A DNA stretch of 64,000 bases from Tubiluchus corallicola (GCA_030141605.1 JAQGDQ010000403.1:124001-188000); one strand, 5' to 3'; positions 11,701 to 25,783 are shown, counted from the stretch's first letter. Notes: a model not told the origin generated them from the sequence alone. A program made the numbers and translations.

Positions 11701-14700
11701 GCAGAAATAACAACTAAATTATGTTAATTGCATGATGTTTCAATCGTTTTAATGATCAGGAACATATGTGATTGAAGTGCTGAATTTTTCGAATCTATAG
11801 TTTTGGATTCGAATCGAGTTCGAACTAAAAAAACTCGTTCGAATCGAATTCGAGCATTCGAATTCGATCCAAATGTTCGAACTCGAATGTTCGATGCTCA
11901 CCCCTACTTCACATACTGTCAAAAGATTTGCTAAAACTTTTCATGTATTGATCAGCCTAATATCTGTTGCACTTATTTAACTCATTACTTTACTCATTTT
12001 CTAATTAACTTAATTTTATGTTTCTTTTAATATTAGTAATAAAACGCAGCTGTTATAATGAAATTGCATGAATAAAAAAATATAATAAATTAATAAAATT
12101 TTATCATGAATAAATTGTGCCACAGCATTTATATGTTAATTTTACATAAAAAGAATTACGGATACAGGTAGCGATGTGCAAGTACGTGACACAATGTCTG
12201 ATGAACGCCATATTTCTACAGCCTACTGTAATGTACGTGTAGGACAAGACAGAGTATTCAAAGATAAATATGTTTTCTGAAATACTGTCATATAGTATAC
12301 ATTTGTGCTTAAAATGCCTCAGGCACACATTAATTATTTTTTCACTAAAAGAAATATGTGTATATTAGAAGTTGTACATTCTGGAAGTGAAGAAAGATGA
12401 TGAGTAGCACGCAGAAGCCCCAACACCAAAATCTAAAATTTTTGTCAATGTCATTAAACACTGATATCATTAACACAAAGCGCTGTGATAACAATGTTAA
12501 GATAATGACAAGATAACAGTGAAGAAGTAGTCGTACCTGTGGCTCCGAAAACATTTTGGTGGCAACAACTTGTAGCGAGATTGCATGAACTTTGCGCGAC
12601 TCTTGATCATGTAAGACCGTTTTGTCTTTCTCTCCAGCAGTGAAGTTGTTAATACATCGTTGAGAATTGATAAACCTTCATCAAACTAGTAAACAGCGAT
12701 AACAAATCAAGTCACTACGTGAATGTGTATCAGTAAACAATGTAGTTCAAAATACATTACATTACATTTTTTATGTCCTCGCTTAATGATGCTAATGCGC
12801 TGCGGCTAAACTCGAGACATTCAGCGAAATGTCGTTAAACGAAGCCAAGGCTTCAACAGAAAGCAATGTAAATGAATTGAGATACACTCTAGAGCAGGGG
12901 TGTGCAAACTGCGGCTTGCCGAGAGATCTTGTGCTTTCTGGCGAAGAAGTTTGTCAACGTAATGAAAGCGCCCCATGTGATCCAGCTGAAGTCTGCGCCA
13001 ATATCACAAAGATAGTGCGGGTAGTTTTTTCCTCTAGATCGGATGGCATTAACCCTTCCAAGACGGTTGTCACTTAATGTCACTGTCGGACATGACGAAA
13101 TATATGGTTTTTAATATAAATTTGAATAACTTCTAAAATTGTTTCTTGAGTGTAGTAGTGCAGTAGTGATGATGTGCGCAAATCGGATGCAAAAAAAATC
13201 GTTATTAGGTCCTACTGTACTTAGCTCCTTGACCAAACTGCATGTGGTCCACAGGAATTGTGGGAATGTTTAATGTGGCCCGGTTAGTCAGATAATTTGC
13301 ACACCCCTGCTCTAGAGGCAAAAATCAATGCTAGTTAAATCTTATCAGTTAAACATTTTTGGAGTTTTATTCAGATTTCCACTGATTAATTTCTTTCTAC
13401 TTGCCTGAAACCACCTATATATTTTACTCAACATTACCCAGTGTAGGGAATTTCGCCAAGTATCTCGTTGGTCACGTGACCACGGGCACTCACCTGTGCA
13501 GATCTGTTTCTACCTGGGCAAGTGAGTTAGTTGGTAGATGTTAACAGGCTTCTTTAAAAGTAGTTTTTCACAGTATGATAGTGGTATAATTTGTGGAGAT
13601 CGGTGAAGATCTTGTGGGAATTGAAGACATAAATGAAGAGATGGTCAACAACAGGAATGCGTGGAGAAGACTCATTCACAATGGCGACCCTGAATCAGAT
13701 ATTCAGTGGCATAATTTGTCAGATATATTGGTAAATACCAGATTTGCTTTGAGACATACGATGTAAGTAAATACATCATTTTGTATTATTTTGAATTATT
13801 ATGAACTGATCACTTTTAACATTTTAGTTAATGAATGACAATCTTATAAATTCGATAGAACGTGGCATAAATTAGTAAATTACCAAATTAGGTTTATTTA
13901 CCACGTGATTTTGTGTTTAGTAAGGTCTAGAACTACAGAATTAAATGCAAATTTGTAAAATGGCCTTCTTTATTTTTTATTTTAATAGAAATGACGCATA
14001 AAACGCTACAATATTTTGTTGGAATATGGCAGTCATTGATTGTAGTACACCCAGCTATTGCGAGTTCTCTTTCATTAACGTCTAAGACTAGACAGTGGTT
14101 AAACAATAAACACTGCACAGTGAAAGCCAAGCCCTGGGCAACCTTGGGAATTTTATCTAGATACTTAGTCCGGTTGTTGTAGCAACAGGTTGTATGCATA
14201 AAGTTTGCTCACAGGTCTCACTTAATACAAACGGCCAGTAGTCGGTCGAGAAGCAAAAACATTTATAATTACATTATATATTTACAATTAAAACAAATAA
14301 ATAATAATTACACCATTTACATTACTAGTGCATTTCTGGATAAGAATAATGCGATATGTGCTGTTTTAATGCATCAAATTAGATAAAATGTTGTTGATAA
14401 AATAAAAATTTGCCTGGAGCAAAGTAAAAAAATCGCCATTAAAGTGAAATGTGTGTCATTGATTGAAAAAAAGAATTATTAAAGTGAAACATGTGTCATT
14501 GAGTGAAAAAATCGTTGTTAAACTGAAACATGTGTCGTTAAGTGAAAAAATCGTTGTTAAAGTGAAACATGTGTCATTGGGTGAAAAAATAGTTATTAAA
14601 GTGAAACTGTGTCACTGAATGAAAAAAACGTTGTTAAAGTGAAACATATGTCATTAAGTAAAAAATCGTTGTTAAAGTGAAACATGTGTCGTTAAGTGAA

Positions 14701-17700
14701 GACGTGTCAAATGATTAGCGTCGTTAAAACGAAACGTCGCTAAAAGGGGAGTCGTTAAGCGAGGACTTACCGTATTGCCCTATTAAAATTTGACAAGGAG
14801 TTAATTTAAACATGCAAAAATGCACTAATGAAATTGGCTAGTAAAATAAACTGCAATAATTTAAAAACTTAATCCTTGGCTGAAAATGACAGGAAAAGAG
14901 AAACATGCAGTCAAACATCAAACAGGTTGAGCTCAGGTAAAATTTGTCCTAGTTAAGCAATAGGTTATTGCACAAATTATGTACTTAAATTATCATCTAG
15001 TAGCTAACAGGTGATACAAAGTAGGCCAGCAGTTGACCAAAACTTATAGTCATGCATTCAGACTTCAGAAGTAAAATTTCTAAAGCAGTTTAGCGATATT
15101 ATTTATCCAGTAAATTTCTTCAGAGGTAAACCAATCCAATCGTATTACAAAAGCTGCTATGCAAATATATTGATATATCTTACCCAACTAAAAAGAAACA
15201 TCAAAGAGAAGAAACTTTAAAATATCAGAAAGGACAAATATCAAAAACATGACCATTGTAACTACAACAACGTAAACAAAATTAAATAAGTCATAAACTA
15301 AACGGGGCCAAACTTAATTTACATTATTCTTGATACAGATCAGCTGAAACACTTAATATCAATTGTTTTTCATTTTTACTGCACAAACTTAACAATAATA
15401 TCAATTACAACACAACTGGCATCACCTTTTCTAGTTGGCAAAACACTTCAGCTTTAACGAGGCTCCACTCTAAGTGAAAATATCCTAACTGAATGTTATT
15501 TGCAGCTGCGTGCTCATCTAGACGTGAATCTGTGTTGATGATAATCTCCTCTGCAACCTGAAAGTAGTGTATGGCATTGTAAGTACGAAAAGAAATTAAA
15601 ACCAATAAAACACGAAACAGGTGAGTTTAGTCACTAGCTTATCAAGCCCTACATTAAGAAATGTTAGCGTACAAACAAATTTCAACCTCTAGCATTAAAG
15701 TTAATAAACCACTGAATGAATTGAATTGCACCAGACACTATATAATTTCATAGCCGGAAAAATAGTTTGATGGATGGAAAATTTCAAAAAGTTTCAAATT
15801 ATGGCACTCTCTGTGCTTTTAGGATAGAAATAGTACTTTTACATGCAGCAATCAATTCTTGAGCAATCTGCACTTAAATTTTAAATAACATGGGGCATGT
15901 GAAAGTCTTTTTCAGAGCTTCAATGCTTCAGAGAATGGCTCCAGGCAAAATAATGATTAAACACAAGAGTTACCTTATAAAGTCCTACAGATGATAAAGC
16001 TTTGCACATCTGTGTGGATACATTGAGAAGCAGAATGTCACCATCTTCCAAGCCTGGAAGCTTCACCAAGCGTAATAATAACTGCAGTGCCTTAATTTCG
16101 TTGATTGGCTATTAAAGAAAATATACAATTTAATTGAACATTCGATTTGAACAGTCATTATTATGAATAGAATTACAGTAATAATTCATCAATCCCCTTC
16201 TGCTACTTCAAATAACATTCTTATCTTTCTTGTTGAAGAGAAAAAGTGGGTAGGAGGGTAAGAGTGCCTGCCCGCACAATTTCTCCTTCAACGTAGGCAA
16301 GAGAATCATTTTAAGTTTCTGATTAAATAGATGATAAAAGGTAAAAGATAACACGGTGCATCTAATAATGGTTCATTCCACATTTTTACTCATCTTATGA
16401 TGTACAAGCATGAAGAAAAATAAGAAAGCCTAGAAAAGTATCACAAAGATAAGGCTAAATTTGAATTATAAACTTGTAAATTGGGATTTTCTTAAGCATT
16501 CTTATTACTGAATTTATAAACAAAACTAACAGAGGACTCACGTGCAACAGGAGTCGAAAAACAGCAGCCACAATCTGCAGGTACCTAACAGCCTCTTGAA
16601 TCATTTCAATATCCATCTCTCCATGGGACGCAACCTCATTCCACAACTCTATTGCACACAAGAGCGGCTGCAGGTCACCGTACTCCTGGCTTAATGTACG
16701 ATGACTGCTCAAGCGCTCGTCAAACACGGGATCTTCTTCTTCTATGTCATTGTTAGCTGCCCGTTGACTATGTGGTTCTACGCGAATAGAAGCTTTACTC
16801 ATCTGCAAGAATAAAATAAATGTTTTACCACTGGAACAAAAAGTATGGCAGCAAACAAACTGCAAGTAGAGCTAAAATACAATTTGTTAGCAACCAGTAA
16901 CAAAGCCTGTTTAAGACAATTTTTTGATAGAAACAAAGTATAAACAAGCTTAATGATGATTCAGTCCAAGAGGACATGCTGCAACCTGATTACAGAAAAA
17001 GTTTGCATATTTGCTGATACTATTATAAAATCCCTTCCATAGTCTCTACTAGTTTTTTTTTCAAAACAAACACCAACAATTTGTAAAATGTTTATGTCTA
17101 ACAGTCACGTAGATTCACTTGACTGAACACTTTCCTGCAAATCTTCGTCACTGTAATTTCATAGCTGGAGGACGTATATACATCAGAGTATGCCAGCGAC
17201 ATCTCTGCCAGTTCAGTGGCTTATTTAATCCTTTCACTACATTGATGCTTTTTAACTGGGCCACATTGACTTTTGCATATCTGACTATAACATCTTGTGG
17301 TGTGTTAGTAAAACAGAATCTTGTAATAAAGAAATAGTTGTCTGTTATTCTGTTATTAAGTACTAATATTAAATATTAGTTTTATTTCTACATATGCACA
17401 CACATAGGAGCACACACGCATACACGTGCAAACCCTCATAAATAAATATGTACTTAAATTTACAATCCAATTTTCGCAATACTAATCCATCATATGCAAT
17501 CATTTTATAAGAATGTAGAACAATCAACTAAATCTACATTTTGCCAACGATCTGCAAGTGATTTTGCGTAGTAATATACCATAAAGTACAGTATTGTGGA
17601 ATGCACCTGTCTTAAGATGCTGATTGGCTGGTTAGCGTTACTTGTTGCGAAGCAACCCCAATCCCATGGCTGTTAAACTTTTCTACAATGTTTTGCATGG

Positions 17701-20700
17701 CAGTAGCAGCAAAATAAACAGACCTGGGTGACTGTGTTTAGTGCCGAGCTTGGGCAGCAGTCTACTGCCTTCTGTCCTTTGCATGAAACTGCCGCCCTCT
17801 GTAGCAAAACGGTTGAAAAGGATAACTCTGGTCATAACAGAGACATCTTATTGAAAAGATTCTGCCTTCAAGTTCTGGATTCTGACTTGCAGTGTATTGA
17901 AGTATAAAGAATGCTGTGCTAACCATAAAAATAGCAATTACAAACAATTTGAGGTGCATAATGAGTGACCAGGAGAGTCACTTTAGCTCATTATCTTACC
18001 TCGTCATGAATAGTTTGACTCTTGAGTATGTACTGTAGGACATTGGTAATGGCTTTGTAATGCAAAACGTCAACAGATTTAGGTACAGTTTCCAGAATGT
18101 TCAAGGCTTCAGTACAGCACTGTTCAGATGAACTGTAAACAAAAAAAAACATTCAAGGATTCTATAAAATAAAAACCGAATTGAATCTTAATTTTACAAA
18201 TATGAGTGAATAACTGACATTTAGTAATATAAAAATTATTATGTTGTGAATTTAGCAAAAAATATGATAAGCAAATGATCAATTAAATAATAAAAACTGG
18301 CAACATCTTAACTGAGATTCGTACCATTCAGAGTTAAAATTCCGCATGTACAAAATGGCAGCCAGTTCGATTAAGAGTTTTGCTCTTTGAAGCGGGTCTT
18401 CACACACGTCCAGCAAATCACATATTACACTGTTACATTCAAGGCTGGTATCGTACTTCTGTCGTTTGTAGGCTGCCAGTTCAAGTGACAATAGTTTAGT
18501 TAAAACTTCGATAGAAAACCCGGAGTTAGAATCCTGCAGAAATGTGTCTCTAAAGGTCCTGAAACATAAAACATATTATCAATGTAATTCTTTCATTATT
18601 CACTTACAATTATCGTTTAATATTAAACAGTATAACAAAGTCAACGTGAACTTTCCTCTCCAGCTAAAAATGCAGATTTAAGAATATATGCGGACAAAAT
18701 CAATTTGTTATAATTTGATGTGTCATCCTTCGTAGAAGCCCTGCACCTGCCTCTAATACTACTACAGTATCAATTTGACTACATCCTTAGAAACATATCT
18801 AACCAAGCAGCAAGAATATTATTTATGAGAGGAAAATAGCCAGGTGAAGTCATCAAAACTTTGTAAAAACAAACCTTTCTCTTAAAGCAATATGATCTTG
18901 TTCTTTGCCAATATCTCTCTTCACTTTTGCCCATAAGTCAACAACACTGGATAACATTGATTGGTTGGCATCGGTGCTAACTAATCCCATTTTAGCCATG
19001 GTGGCTACACCAGTGCAAACAGTTGTTAGCGCATCACCGTAAGCGCCACTTTTTCGTTGCGAGTCGCTAAGGACCTCGTACTTGTGCCATAACTGTAAAC
19101 GTATAAAAGTGCTTTTGTACTTTTTGTAGTTGGTTTCAAGTTATTTAAGAGAAAGCTAGCACAAATGTAGTGAGGATTCCATGTACACATATTATTTGAT
19201 AAATTGAACGCGTGATGTGCATTGCATGGTGACATGGTGAGTCGAGTCAAACAATGGAATAAATTGTTTTATCTGTTTAACTTCTGTAACACAGAAATAC
19301 ATACTCTAAACTACCATTTGCCATTCTTGGAGCAAAAATCAACTAAAAACCCAAGCTGCACCATTGTCTTATATACTTCTGACAACAGTACAGGAAATAA
19401 CTGAACAGTAACAGCTTGCACTTAGACAGCAAAGTTAAGCAATGTCGAATCTAGTCAGCAACTGCATGGGTAACCGCCAGGGCAAACTACTGAATTGTTT
19501 CCGTTATTTACCTCACTGATAATAGACGAGAAAAACAGAGCACCCAACATAGCCTAGCCAAAATAGTTTCAGCATTTCATCTTACAGAATTATACTTGCC
19601 AATAAAATGCTCCCCAGCAACCAACTACACAATAAATAAATGCTGACTCTGAACAGCAGATTTTGGTTGGCAAAGTACAGAAGTGCATCTCAACATGCGT
19701 GCCTTTTTTCTTGGTTTTTGCTGTACAATAAGTATTCAAAAGATATTGAAAGCATTTGGGGGACACGGTACCATGCACGACATGGAATTATCTACATGTG
19801 CATCACATCCTACCACGCATAATAATACGTAGATTATTAATGATAAAGATTAGTTTGTCTTCCCTCTGATACAATGTTATAAAACTTTCACATTAAAAGT
19901 TTTAGTAAAACAAAAAACTAAAAAAACAGGCAGGCCTATTAAAGTAGATAAAATGTTACTGCTCTCAGGCTACCCAGTGGCAATACTTATGTTACAGCCA
20001 AGAGGAAAAGTTAAAGTCTGATTTACCTTTTTCTGCATTTCTTCATCATCAGGCGTGTTGCTACAGTAACGTGCAAGATGTTGACAACAGAATTGGAAAA
20101 ACACGATAGCGTCACTGAATTGCTGCTTATTGTAGCAAACAATTCCCAGATTAAAAGCATCCATCCCTAGTGAAATAATTTATAATTAATTACAAACGTA
20201 CCATACTTTTTTGAAGTAGTTAATAACACTGTTAAGTGGTTTGTGTTAAGTTAAAATGATTTATAATGAATTACAAACATACTACACTTTCTTGAAGTAG
20301 TTAATAAATCTGTTAAGTTTGGAAATTCTATTAACTCTAGTTAGTACACTGACAACTGATAAGGAAGGAAATACTAAAGAGTGTGTTGCTTAAAGCTGAC
20401 ACTTAGTGGAAAAAAATCATTCATGATCCATGGTTAGGACACCTCTGCCAGTTCAGTGTTTCGTCTTAGAAGCATAGCCTTGATAATGAGCTGCATTCCA
20501 GTCTCACCGCAGTCATACACATTAAGTAGACTAGGTTCTGCTAACGCATCCTGGATTCGGGCTCGTATTTTGTTGAATTGTAAAAAAAAGCTCGCAAAAA
20601 AGTTCTCGCAACATTACTATAAGTATTACTGTAACACTTTTAGATGCAATTCATACCAAAGGATTTAGACTCAGGAACAAATTTTTCCTGTCCAGATTCT

Positions 20701-23700
20701 TCAAAGAAAAGAACATCGTTCAATTGTGTAGAAACCTTTTTAGCAATGGATAATAGTGTCGAAACATCTGAAACATTTCAAACACTAACTGTATTAACTT
20801 TATAGAACCTATTCACAGACATATAGCATCAAGAAGACTTAATGGCAATTCCAAACTTTCAGTCTAGTCTTTTCACAGTAACAAAATGCAGTAGAAGAGA
20901 TCATTGCTGGTTTCTTACACATACATGTTTTTCTAAACATTTACCATACATCGATTTAAAGTGACAAAACAAACAGTTAAATGTGCATTCGAGTACGGGA
21001 CAAAAAGTTATTAAATTCAATGTTCAAGCAGTACAAAGTCCAATGAGTTGACTCAGTAACAGCAGAATGAACATAACATCTGTGCAGCTTCAGTTTATCT
21101 AACTGTAGTCGTGTGACTTATAAGCTATCTACAGTACAATGCGTGTAAACAATGCCAGAAGCTTAACATCAAACTTACCAGATGGTAATACTAACAGATG
21201 ACTAAGTAGAACATGACAGAGCACAAACAATCCCTTAATTTCCATAGTTTTTGCCGATGCAATACCTTCACATTCTGCACCAACATCAAGTTCTTTTAGC
21301 TGGAATAACTCAGTGAAACAGTATATCAGCTTTTCGATGTGAGTTACAGACTCTAAATCAAGACGTGACAGCTTTTTAGCTTGTCGAATAACTAGGTGCT
21401 CATCACACTGCTGTAACAAGCACAGGTAGCTCTTAACCAGTAGTTTATACATGGCAGCATCTAGAGTTACAGACATGAAAGACGAAACAGCTGCTTCACA
21501 CACAATCAAATGTTTCTGTATGTCACTAACATGAGTGGTGTTTGAGCAGTCAAATAGGTCAATGCTTTGGTCCATCACAAAGTCTGTCATTGTAATACTA
21601 GCACTAAGCAAGCCTACCTCAATGAAAACAGAGCACAAAATAATGTCGGTTTTCCCCTTTTTCAAACGAGAAAATCTACGGAGGAATTTCCTAGCATTGT
21701 TGGCACTAATTTCAATCATTTCACGGTCATTTGCAATGCACAAATATCTAAATAGATCCACATAAACTGAAAGCACTATGGTAAGATTTACTAGGTTCTC
21801 ACGGTCATTATTTTCTTGACCTTCAAACACTATTGCAGTGGCTTCCATCATAGGACACATTTTATTGTACAAGTTAATGAGATACTGTGCTATTTGAGCA
21901 GGTACTAAATTCACACCCTTTGCATCCCGTTCAAAAACTCTCGCTGTCCTAAAGAGTTGTTCCTGCAACAACTGCAGCTTATTTGCAAAAGAGAGAAACA
22001 CGAGTGATTGTTTGCGTAGTTCAAATGCAGTTAAGTAGTTTGATTTGTCTGCCTGTAATGCACTGTTCCAGAATTTAGCATAAAGGTTATTCGCTCGGCA
22101 AGCAAATTCTCCCGAAGAACGTTCACTGGACGTGCTTTCAAGACGACTAGCAAATAACTGAGATATTTTTACCGCTCGCGTGTAATCACCCTGCAAAACA
22201 AAACTTGCTTCACTAATATGTCAGTCAGAAGAATATTTCTAATAATCACAAAATCTTACAAATAAAAAATCAATTAATTATGATAGTGGTAGGGCTTAAT
22301 TTCCTTAGACAAATGCTAAATTGTTTTGAATTTTGATGCATAACATTAGATTAAAAGACACTTTAACAAAAGGCAGTAGATTGTATTTATAACAATGTAA
22401 AGTTGATTAATGGCTAAAACAATAATTCTAGCTTGCAGTTTTTAGAAAAATTTCATATTTTCAACTTCACAATATGATGCGAAGCCAGTCAACCTCTAAG
22501 ACAAAATTGATCTGACAAAGTTGTCTGGTTATTATGAATGCACTAATTTCAAGAAAATTCAACACAATGAGTGCGAAATTTCTTCAACTCATGACTTTGC
22601 TGATGAAACATGGCATAACTAAATAAAAAAAAAATGACTTTAAATACCAATGATACATGGTCAGTTGGTCACTGCCCATCACATTCTCTGAGGGTTCGGG
22701 AATATTGGTCAACATTTTCGCTCATGATTAAAATACAAAACAATTCAAAAAACTACAAAACAAATAAATGTGCTTGACAATATGACATACCAAATGTAAG
22801 GCTTTCATCATAAGACTGTTTAAGTGCTTGTCTAGAATCACAGAGCTTTTGACATCTCCTACAGACTGTACTAACTTGAAGCACTGCTCCATAATTCCAT
22901 CAAGAACCTCCATATATTTTATATAGTTGGCTTCCTAGAAAAAAGATGACACAAACTGATATCTTACAAACTTAATTAATCCAGGAACTAACTTCCATTC
23001 TCCTGTCATACAAACCTACTCAAACAGCTAGGCAGTAGCTAGTTCATATGGGTCATCTAGGTAGCTTACAGAATCTCACACACGTAATAATTCTCGATCA
23101 AAAATTTATATAAATTAATTTTAGCTTTTACCATAAGAATTCATAAAGATTTATTTAAAAAGTCATGAAAGTTTAATTTTATGTTTAAATATTTACTTAT
23201 TTCAAATTTAAAAGCACTAGTTAGCGATTACGATTTAGATTCTTGAAAATTTTGATTTCTTTCATATCTTGATTATTTTCATTGTTGTTGTCTAGGACAC
23301 ATCTTGCATGCATCAATAAACACATTTGAACTTTATATAAGTATAATATAACATACCTCTTTAGAGTTTAAGCATGCTGTTTTATCTATACAAACTTGAA
23401 GAACTTTTAGTGCTGAATGCACTGACTGCTTTTTTTGGTGATGTATCTCAAGCTTAAATTTCTAAACGAAGAACAGAAAAATCTCACAAACTTGAAATTT
23501 GACAATATAAATATGTCTACTTCTAAATATGTTAAATTCCAAAAGGGGATAAGAAAGAATATTCTGAATTATACTAATTAGACATTTCTAAAGAACAAAA
23601 TCAAAGTTTAAACTCCTGTGCCTCTAGACATGGCCATTTTTATATGCTGTTGTCTGATAAGAAATTAAAGCACTGTTAATACATCTACATTTTATAAAAA

Positions 23701-24686
23701 GTAAGCAAGCAAATCGTTGGCTTTGCAAAAACAAAGTGTTATGCCAAGGATAAATTTGGCAGCATGATTCCCTAAGTCATAAAAGCTTTTTGGCCATAGA
23801 GACAAATTACTTGAATTACTGAAAATTCATTGTTACTAACCGGAATCTTTCCAGTAAGATAAACAGCATTTCGCAACATACTTCAAGGCTCACCTTTCTT
23901 ACTCTAAAAATGATATACAGTACAAAAGCTATTACTGAAACTAAAGTACGATTTGAAACAAAGACCTTACTCACTGTTACTGCACGAAACACCAATAAAA
24001 TGATCAGCATTTAAAAAACAATTAAATCTGCAGATAAGAAAAGTTGGGATCTGCTAACAAACTAAAATGCAAAAAATTAGGAAACACAACTGCACCTTAG
24101 ACAACATACTGTTCATTTACTTGCATGGTATTAAAAATTAATAATCACCATGTGATGATGTGGATTTGATGTAGCGGGTTTGGTGAGAGTGCTGTGGGTG
24201 TTGTGTTGTGGATAGTGTGGTGGGGTGGTAGGGTGTTGGTGGAGTGGTGTGGTGTAGTGTGGTCTGGGTGGTGCAGTGAGGTATTGGTAGTGTGGTGTGG
24301 GTAATGTGGTAGGGTGTGGGTGCTATTGATTTGGTTTGTGGGCATGGTGTGCTACGGTGTGGATTATGTGATGTTGCGGCATGGTGTGGGTGGTGTGGCG
24401 CGGGTGGTGAGTTGTGAGTTGGTTTGGTGCGGGTGTTGTGCTGTGAGTAGGGTGGTGGGTGGTTGTGTGGTGTGGATTGTTGTTGAGTTTATGTGCAAAA
24501 TTCTTTTTGCAGAGTTTGGCTAGTTAAACATTAATTTACATATATTATATCTGCCTCATAAATTAACGATGAAAAAATGAAAATTTCCAGCTTGTTCAGT
24601 TAAGCAGGCATTACCTTGATACTATCATCCAGTCGGGAAGGCTGGTTATCCTTGATTGCAGCGAGCAGTTTATTCATTTCTTCCAT
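436..24686 (-). CDS. ESPL1: Separase (separin), multi-exon, 3'-partial: the protease domain lies beyond the left edge of the window
   Basis: Phase-consistent GT-AG coding exons in transcript order: 24615-24686, 23357-23461, 22791-22934, 21179-22190, 20657-20767, 20027-20166, 18875-19092, 18325-18558, 18000-18132, 16542-16802, 15974-16108, 15426-15557, 12537-12685, 10771-10935, 9856-9993, 9499-9565, 6589-8408, 5128-5270, 4687-4897, 436-605 (5560 nt). Recognised separase features: helical N-terminus (LWAKVKRD..RTFRD, LLSLELAAYK, GLAREAKCYFKEGL), LSSPLLK resembling the human S1126 Cdk1 site followed by HSTSCNCNRC, ExxR autocleavage-type sites, and LYSDILKLLALCYG..ESVGISLRH and LSAIPPG, which precede the pseudo-protease domain. 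Confidence 0.92.
1489..1707 (-). mobile_element. BEL/Pao LTR retrotransposon gag fragment (DUF1759-like)
   Basis: LPKVEMMYFDGDPLKFHLFIKTFEHAV..LLRLLHYCTGRARKVVESC is the typical Pao gag pattern. It is an isolated relic in a separase intron. Confidence 0.8.
4155..4340. repeat. Dispersed repeat, inverted homolog of 45240-45420
   Basis: gaacagtattgcgggagatttaaaatgaaa..gggcgatttttctgaaatctac is reverse-complementary to gtaggtttcaaaaaaatcgcc..tctcccgcaatactgttc. Confidence 0.75.
6589..8408 (-). CDS. ESPL1: Large 1820-nt separase exon encoding the regulatory disordered inserts
   Basis: Matches the 607-aa ORF 6585..8408. Acceptor tgtag precedes 8408 and donor gtaac follows 6589. Encodes the SP/TP cluster, CxCxxC and the EIVR, ECVR and EMLR motifs. 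Confidence 0.9.
10066..10389 (-). mobile_element. Short RTE-derived non-autonomous retroelement (SINE-like)
   Basis: GC-rich 324-bp insert. The minus-strand 3' end CTCCATTGTCTTCCGAGACAGAAGGATGCC(AAC)n is RTE-like. Flanked by imperfect 12-bp direct repeats agtgttgccatt and agcgttaccatt. Confidence 0.65.
11467..11906. mobile_element. hAT-type MITE rich in TTCGAA
   Basis: Termini ttggggtgaacat and atgctcaccccta; perfect 8-bp target duplication cttcacat at 11459-11466 and 11907-11914. Confidence 0.85.
12895..13309. mobile_element. hAT-Charlie non-autonomous element with transposase remnant
   Basis: Terminal inverted repeats caggggtgtgcaaa and tttgcacacccctg; perfect 8-bp target duplication ctctagag; internal minus-strand VNAIRSRGKN resembles Charlie transposase. 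Confidence 0.88.
13595..13692 (+). mobile_element. 3' fragment of the RTE family also present at 35983-36457
   Basis: gaagacataaatgaagagatggtcaacaacaggaatgcgtggagaagactcattcacaa is the reverse complement of about 36030-36090. Confidence 0.8.
14205..14773. mobile_element. TcMar (pogo/Tigger-like) MITE with internal tandem repeats of about 38-39 bp
   Basis: Right end gtcgttaagcgaggacttaccgta; about 7 units of gtgaaaaaatcgttgttaaagtgaaacatgtgtc at 14440-14705; a related inverted copy at about 32970-33200. Confidence 0.65.
24155..24490. repeat. G/T-rich low-complexity tract (degenerate GTGTG/GTGG)
   Basis: Strongly G+T-skewed 335-bp tract in a separase intron. Confidence 0.85.
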
Positions 24687-25783
24687 TTTCAGTTATTGCA
24701 CAATGACCTGGATTAAACTTTATTATTTTCCACAATGATACATTGAATTAATCAAACTGAAATAAAATTCAAAATTGTAAGTGGCCTTGAACATTTCAAA
24801 AACCAATTTGTGATAAAGTAGAATTAATTCAGGCTCCTTTATCCTGACTAACCAGTTCTTAGTCATTTATACCCTGAACTTGGCTCTCCCTCCAGGTAGG
24901 GAAAACAGCATTTTTAGTATGTAACTATATTTATGAAGCACCCATGGTGTGTATTTATATGCACTAATTAGAGTTCTTTTAGTATGTAAAAATAATTACA
25001 GCAATATTACAGGCTAAATCTAACTGTATCATAAAAATAAAGCCTAGCTATTGCTGAAGTCAGGAATGCAGAGTTCAGTTCAGCTCAGGAAGTCCTGAAA
25101 CTATAACCATTTTCAATTTTTGTATAAAAATGTATTTTAATTTGGCTGTAAACAATTAAGAAAAAAACATGGTAAAACAATTACAACAATTTGAGTGCAG
25201 CTATTTTTGAGTATGCAACTAGCTTAGTGTAAGTCACATCGATGTGTAAAAAATGCAAAAACGGAAATGCAAATAGAGCCCTCATCTCTGAGCAATGACT
25301 ACTGTCTGTCTAACTACAAATTAGCCAGCACCGGGACGCCAGCGTTTAGCCCTGGGACGTTTGTAAGATTTTCCACCCTTGACTATGAGTATGAGTATGA
25401 AGGTAGCTACAACTACAAGAACTCTGGAACCAGATATTGGAATAAAAATTAATTATACATGAGAAATTTTAGCACTAGATCTTGAATACAAAAATAAGTT
25501 GTGTAAGAGAGCAACTAGACTATAGAGTATAGTGACAGACGACTCAAAGTTAATTTGACCAATTAAATAGACAGTTTCTAGTCTATTCTCTCCTCTCAAA
25601 CTGGCCAAATATTCCGTTGTCATAATTATAAAATGGAAAAAAAAAGAATATTGCAACTACACGTAAATTATTTTACAATAATTCAAAACACTCTTCATGA
25701 AATTATCTATCACTAAATTTCACTGCATTTGAAAGAATTTCATTCTTTGACTGAAAATGGAAAAATGAACAAATCAAACATAC

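Noticed and set aside
14440-14705. Regularly spaced repeats resembling a CRISPR array (also 33943-34165 and 40098-40457)
   Set aside because: Head-to-tail tandem units with no unique spacers, no cas genes, and a eukaryotic context.
20443-20617. Possible extra separase exon with a GTGTCC donor
   Set aside because: No acceptor in a compatible frame was found, and exon 20657-20767 joins 20027-20166 in phase without it.
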